Both the position numbers and the translations under genes were made by a program. A stretch of DNA of 63,726 nt, filler included, from Aduncisulcus paluster (taxonomy: Eukaryota): assembly GCA_024181965.1 (NCBI GenBank). It is 16 parts of 16 records of this genome, joined end to end, with 100 filler letters (N's around TTAATTAATTAA, not from the genome) between each part and the next. Parts side by side here need not be neighbours in the genome. Positions count along the whole stretch, not along the records: positions 54,110 to 62,233 come from BQXS01000493.1; positions 62,334 to 63,726 come from BQXS01000494.1; 14 more parts are not named here. One strand, written 5' to 3'. The notes below the pieces were generated by a model. It did no database searches. It was given only the letters and a program-made list of their open reading frames with translations, and was not told the origin of the DNA. Below are positions 57,101 to 63,726 of this stretch, in pieces (within the stretch, counting starts at the first letter, position 1; the number at the start of each line of letters is the position of its first letter).

Positions 57101-60100
57101 CCTCGAAATATTGAATATCGAAGGCACTAGTATCGCTTTGCCCGCGAGCACTGACACTTCCACTCTACTTCCAAGCTCATTACAATATCTATTTATGTAT
57201 GATACACCAACTGAACAAGATGCTTTTGATATTCAAGTCGGTGTAGACAATTTGTTCAATTTGAAAACGATTTCTTTGGGTAATAATGATAATATTAGTT
57301 CTATATCTTCCCTCACAGGTCAACTTGAACAAATTATAATCAAAAATACAACAGCTATCACAGATTTGGTGACTGTTATCGAGTCTAAATGCATTTTGAC
57401 TTCTGTGAAGCTCGTAAATGTCGGTTTGAGTTCCATTCCCAATCTATCAAATTCTCAAGTTACACTCACTTTCCTCAACTTGTCTAATAATAGCGACATT
57501 TCAAGTGTTTATCCAATAATCAAATATGGTTTGACAAATCTTTATCGATTTGTTTGTTCAAATTGTTCCCTTTCTGATTTATCACCCTTGTATTCCTTGC
57601 CCTATTTGCTAGAGATCACTCTCATTGGAAATAATTTCTGTTTAAGTTCTGGAAACACGGAAGCCCTTGTCTCTAAGTTCTATAATAACGAAGCTGATGA
57701 TTTCAAGCTTAATCTTGGATCTGAGCTTTCGACTGATCAAACGTGTGAATGCTCTTTTGATGACATTGGATATACCGATACTTTGATTGCTTCCAACAAG
57801 GTATGCAGTGAGACTCTTCCTGGGTCTGGCACGTGGTATATTGTTTGTGCCAGTGATTCTGTCACCTCTTACACATCTGCTGAGGACTTTACGTGCATTT
57901 CTCCAGATAATGGTGATGGAACGTATGGATGTTCTGGAGGGTGTGAGTATGGATATGAGTGTAGATATGATTCAGAGTCGACTTCATCATCGTGTCAGCA
58001 AGTGATAGTTGATGAGAACTTGCATGCCTGTGTTGCTGACATGTTTGGTGAAAATACTGATCACATTTCGGATTCTTCTGCATATATTCCCATATTCAGT
58101 GTTGCATCCTTGAGAACTCTTGAGAGTGTTCTCGATAGTGAAACTCAGCAATATTCCCCCATTTTGAAATGCAATAGTGTTGATATCACAACTCTTGATG
58201 GAATCGAACATTTGGTGAATGTTTCTGAGGTTGACCTTACTGATGTAACAACAATAGAATCTGCAGATCTAATTTTGATTTCCACAATGTCAAAACTCAA
58301 AGGTTTGGTTCTTTCAGGTTGTACTTCGATCTCGTCTTTACCCGATTTGTCACTGGTTCCGCTAGAATCTCTTTTTATGGCTGGTACAAATATCACTTTG
58401 CAAGACACAATCGATCCGACATTGTTGTTACCTTCAAGCTTGAAAGTTCTTTCGATTCTCAATGTACTGATTACTCAAGAGCAATTCTCTGCCCAAATCA
58501 GTGTGAATAATTTGCCAAATTTAGAGTATCTAATTTTGGGAGGGGAAAATTCCTCAATTAACAGTATTTCCACACTTGGCACGAATATCACAACTCTGAA
58601 AATTGAAAGCACAAATTTGATCACCGATATTCCTGTTACTGTTTCTAGTTTGCTTCTTGAAGAGCTTGATTTAATTAATATTGATTTGGATGTGATCCCT
58701 GATCTCTCGAACAGCCAAGAAACTCTGAAAACTCTCAGTATTTCCAGTAATTCCAAACTCTCTTCTGTGCATGAGGTTTTTGAATATGGTTTGACAAAAC
58801 TTGAAACGTTGACTTTCATGAATTGTAATGTTTCTGATTTATCTCCATTGTATTCTTTGGGCTCTTTAAATAATATCAATGGAAAAGGAAATAAGTTCTG
58901 CATTGGTTCTGAAAGTGTGGCAACATTGTCTGAAAAGTTCAATAATTCCGAAATTAATCTCGATCTTGGCACTGACCTCGCGACATCCCAATCATGCCAA
59001 TGTTCCTCGATCGCATATGATATTGATTCCACATACACTCCAATTACAGATAACATTGTCTGTAGCGAGACTAAGTCTGGGTCTACCGCGTGGTATGTTG
59101 TGTGTGCCAGTGATTCATTCACGACCTACACTGACGCATCGACATTCACGTGCACTCAGCCTGAGTCAGCCACCACGAACTGTTCTGGAGGCTGTGAGTA
59201 CGGATATGAGTGTAGATATCTTGGTGATGATGATAATGGTGACTCTGAGGCTTCGTGTCAACCTGTGATCGTTGATGATAATTTGAGACAATACATTGCT
59301 GATAACTTGATCAATGACTCTACTCACATGGATGACTCTGATTCCTCGATTGCTCCAAAATTCAGTGTGGCTTCATTGAGGAATATTTCATATCCTGCAG
59401 TGATCGATTATTACACATCGGAAGATTCTGACAAAATCCAAAATGTAGACGGTATTGAACACCTTGGATCTTCTCTAACGAATCTTATATTGAACTTTAA
59501 TCTTATCTCCGATCCATCTCCACTTAAAACTTTGACATATCTCACTAATTTGTCTCTTATGCAGAATGTTGATATCGATGACATGTCATTCATTTGTTCT
59601 TTGACTAATCTTGACTCTCTCAATATGAATTATACCTCATGTTCCAGTATCCCTGCCACAGAGCTATGTTTATCAACTTATTCGTCGCTGCATGAATTAT
59701 ATCTTGTGTCAACGTCTATTCTTGACATTTCCCCACTTTTGTTTGAAGAAGATCCTAATGGAGATTCAAATATTAATTCAACACTTACTACCTTAGACTT
59801 GAATTCTGTTTCTAAATATGATGAGATTAGTGATTCGTATGAATATTTCGATATTTCAATCCTTCAAAGTTTCACTGCCATTGAAGCAATTGATCTTCAA
59901 AGTTTGGGCATTGAGAATGAAGATCTTCAATATCTTATGCATCTCCCCTTGAAATCTTTATGCTTAATTACAAATAATATTTCAGATTTGTCTCCAATTT
60001 TACATTTCAACAAAACTCTTACCTTGTTATATCTCGGTTATAACCGAATTTGTCCGTATGCGGACGTTATTGACAGTAATATTGAGTTTTATCAGACATA

Positions 60101-62233
60101 TTTCCCTCTTCTTGAAATTATAGGATTCAGAGGAGAGGATACATCAACTTGTTCTTATTGTTCTGAATCTACAACAACCTCTGATGGCTCTGTTGATAAT
60201 CCATATATTCATTTCGATGGGACTCAAGATCCAATCGTTACGGCTGGTTTTGCTTCCAACACGATCTGTCGTAAAGTGTGGGACTGGACGGAAACTGTTG
60301 AAGGAGCAGATGATGGCTCTGGTGGAGTGACCACAACCACAATTTACCACGAACAATGGAGTGTGGAGTGTAATCTGTATAGTTACAAAGTAGATAATGA
60401 AGATGGCTCAAGTTCATGTGTGTCATATCTTGATGAATCGGATAACTACACTCCGCCTGCCTCATTCCCTACGTGTGTGATATCTTCCTTGGATAATGTA
60501 AATGCTGAATGCTCTGACCTGACAGGTTCTGATATTTCTTGTATTGAAGGATGGTATTCTGGCTCTGAGAGTGAACTATGTATTTATGAATGTCCAACTC
60601 AAGAGAACGATGAAGGCCTATTGCTTCCTTGTGGAGGTGAAGAGGAGGGCTATGGAGTATGCGATATGGAATCACATACATGTAAGTGTGAAGGCAGTTA
60701 CACAGGCGATGCATGTCAATATGTCAATTTTACAAACTCTGTTCTCGAATCCTTCTTGTGTGACCTTGATGAAATCGATTGTAGTGGCTCTGATGGACAT
60801 TTGACACCTGATATTCTCGCTACAATTACCAAACTTGACCTATCCGATGTTTCTCTTGTGTCTGAAGATGATGAATATTCGATTTCTGATGCTCTTGATG
60901 GGTTGAGGTTCGCTACATCCCTTGAAGAGCTTGATCTGAGTGTTTTAGAGTTCACTATTGGTCTGACATATGACTTATCTGAATTGAGTGAGCTATCTTC
61001 TCTCAAAACTTTGAACCTTAGTGGTAATGATATGTCTTCAACATCTGAACCCTCGTGTGAGTCCAATATTGCTGCACTTCCGTCTTCTTTGACCACTTTG
61101 ATATTGGATAATGTCGGACTTGAGGAGACAGATGCCGATTTCTCTGGTCTTTCTCAACTCGCTACTCTGTCAGTACGTGATAATCCGACTTTCAACCCCG
61201 AAGATGATGAAGAATTCACAGCTAGCTCCCGTTTCTCAGCTTCATTGCAAAATCTCAACATTGGTGGTTGTTCTGAGATTTCAGATATCTCATTTATTCC
61301 AACTTATCTCACAACTCTGATTGCTGATGGATGTTCTCTTGACGAAACCACTGATTTCTCTGCCTTTTTAAGCCTTACGACTCTTGATGTGTCTGATAAT
61401 TTGGATTATGATGTCACGAATGAAGTATGTTTGCCTGAATCTGTCACATCATTTTACGCTGCAAACACTTCAATTTCTCAAATATATGAGATAACTATTA
61501 TGTTACCAAATGTTGTAAACCTTGATTTGAGTGATAACAGCATCTCTGACCCATCTCCATTGTTCTCACTCTCATCCACTCTCACCGCACTTGATCTGAG
61601 TGGTAACAATATCTGTGGCATGGATGATGAAGAGGAAGTGAATGCTTTCGTTTCTACCTTCCCGCTGTTGACAAGTGATGAGTCTACCATATTTGCTAGC
61701 AATGTATGTCCATGTGATGATGATTCCATCTCACTCTCATCCAATATCGTCTGCTCTGAGCTCTGGCCTGGCAAGTATTCTGCAACATGTTGTTCATCAT
61801 GTTACACCGATGTGAGTTCATCCTCATTATCGTGTGTGCTGATCGATGATGATGAAACTTCTGCATCCTTGTATGCTGTGTGCTCTAGTCTCTCGGGTAC
61901 CAACAAGAAGTGCATTGGAATAGGCTCTGATGTGTCTGTGGATGGAATATCCATTGTGTGTTCTGAAGGATGGTTTGGTGATGATTGTCTGTCCGAATGT
62001 CCTGTTGATGAGTATGGGTATGAATGTGGGAATGCTGATGGAACCGATACTTGTGACTCTGAAACACACACATGCACCTGCTCTTCATCTTCATCGTCAC
62101 CTCTCATGACTGGTGACCTGTGTGAGATTGAGAGTGGAGTGACACTACTGTCTTCCCTTGGGATGGATGTTGCCCTCGTTGAAGCTATCTGTGAGTCCAT
62201 GTATGTTGATGATGCAGATGTCCAATCGTTATG
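54110..62233 (+). CDS. Giant modular LRR plus Cys-rich/EGF-like protein (more than 2500 aa, both ends truncated)
   Basis: One frame once the gap duplication (54807-55169 = 55190-55551) is collapsed. At least six LRR blocks, opened by SVASL/GIEHL or GL..AT.LE motifs and closed by SDxSPLY...NxxC caps, alternate with Cys-rich linkers. Confidence 0.92.
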
Positions 62234-62333
62234 NNNNNNNNNNNNNNNNNNNNNNNNNNNNNNNNNNNNNNNNNNNNTTAATTAATTAANNNNNNNNNNN
62301 NNNNNNNNNNNNNNNNNNNNNNNNNNNNNNNNN

Positions 62334-63726
62334 GTTTGACCCTCCTTTGTCTTTCTTTTTCATGCCTATCCTGAATTTCTCTTGCCAGTTCATGAAATTT
62401 ATCCAGTTTGTCACGATATGATTTCACAAATTCAATCGATCTCTCCTTAGTTTGTTTGTTGCTTAATTTTAGATCCTCGATATGAATAGATTTCTTGAAC
62501 AAATCCATCATCTCTGTTCCTTTTCGTGCGAAAGCCATTTCGAAAGGAGTGAGGCCTGTACTGCTATTTACTTGTGTGTTCATATAAAAACGACATATGT
62601 AAATAGCTTCATCCCATTCGTCCTTCCTAATCTTCCTTGAACCAAGAATTGCTTTCAGAAATCTTAATAATTCTTTGTTACTTCTTTCGACAATCCCATT
62701 TCCTTGAGGGTTTTCAACAATAACTCGGTGATGCTTGAGGCCAAGGGATTTAATGATACACTCCCATAAAGAGTTCACGAACTGGCTCCCATTGTCAGAT
62801 CGTATGATCCCTGGTACCCCATACCTGGTGATAAAACGATTAAGGAGAACCTTTCCAGCCTCTTCGGCTGATGTTGACTGAATGGGGAAGAGCTCGATAA
62901 ACCTTGTGAAGGTGTCAATTGCCGACAAAACATATTTGTTTCCCCCAGATGATTCTCGAAATGGGCCGATAGTGTCAACAGCAATGCAGAAAAACGGGCG
63001 ATCCTCCCATGTAACAGCTGGTGTAATAGTCTTTGAAATAGACATTCGATCACGTTGACAGATTAAACAGTCATGTACAAAAGACGTCACATCTCTCTTC
63101 ATCCCTTTCCATCTAACATCCAACTCCTTCAGACCACGCAGAGTAGCATTAATTCCAATATGGCGACTATCATGTACATGCCCAATTAATTCTTTCTTTA
63201 AAGGAACCGCCCCTTTCGGGATAAAGACAGAGCCGTCTTTAACATGTAAGCCCAAGTCATTTTGGGGCAAATCTTTGCATTCAGGGAACTTTTCCTGCTC
63301 TTCCACAATTCTCTGAATCCACATAGATTTCGAGTCAAGTCTGGCCACAGATTTCACTTGATGTCTTGGGATCAATCCGGTGAGTCGCGACAGACAATCA
63401 GCGGCTTCATTGGTTCTACCCGGTATATGATGGATACTGAAACTGTAATCCATTAGTCTAAGCCACCAACGTGTTACTTTCGCATTTTTCACCCTCTGGA
63501 TGAAAGTGAGATTTCTATGATCGGTAAATAATTTGAAATGTCTGTTTTTCAGGTAATACTCCGCTTTGGAGATGCAGAAAACAATTCCATAAGCTTCTTT
63601 TTCATAAACCGACCACCGTTTCTGAACCGAACTCAGTGCCTTCGACATATACATGATGACTTCTCTTTTTCCTTCAAATTCCTGCAGCAAGATCCCCCCA
63701 ATTCCGATATCGGAGGCATCAGTGTA
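62334..63726 (-). mobile_element. Ty3/gypsy LTR retrotransposon pol fragment (RNase H and integrase)
   Basis: TDASDIGIGGIL, EKEAYGI, FTDHRNL, NEAADCLSR (RNase H); H..RHIG...CLIC (HHCC); AVDTIGP, IDTFTRF, SDNGSQF, PQGNGIVERSN (DDE). Confidence 0.96.

Noticed and set aside
8116-62333. Recurrent TTAATTAATTAA palindrome flanked by Ns
   Set aside because: Synthetic six-frame-stop spacer. Adjacency across it has no biological meaning, so no operon or cluster inference was made between contigs.

Overview
This window is not one locus. It is 16 short contigs of a eukaryotic microbial draft genome, joined by 15 artificial 100-bp spacers (N44-TTAATTAATTAA-N44), with six internal 20-N gaps whose flanks are duplicated. 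Gene content, compact intergenic DNA, short GTATGT...AG introns and the standard genetic code fit an anaerobic flagellate of the Fornicata. The expanded SHLSIPF...FTxSDGKK...IDLDNV family recalls Aduncisulcus paluster; this is recall, not a search result. Recognisable genes include a GH31 alpha-glucosidase, a TRIC/TMEM38-like channel, a spliced syntaxin, TrpRS, an SLC35-type transporter, NTM1 methyltransferase, rhodanese, ribokinase, a bacterial-type alpha/beta hydrolase, two cathepsin B loci, an ABCA transporter, dihydropyrimidinase, ZMYND10, Cse1, tRNA-Arg(ACG) and Ty3/gypsy fragments. The most interesting signals are: (1) a giant modular LRR/Cys-rich protein whose LRR blocks are highly diverged while their flanking linkers are nearly identical at DNA level, suggesting cassette shuffling; (2) a cathepsin B domain fused in frame to the propeptide and catalytic domain of a second cathepsin B; (3) an expanded domain family with apparently exchangeable C-terminal tails; (4) several unexplained structured non-coding segments.
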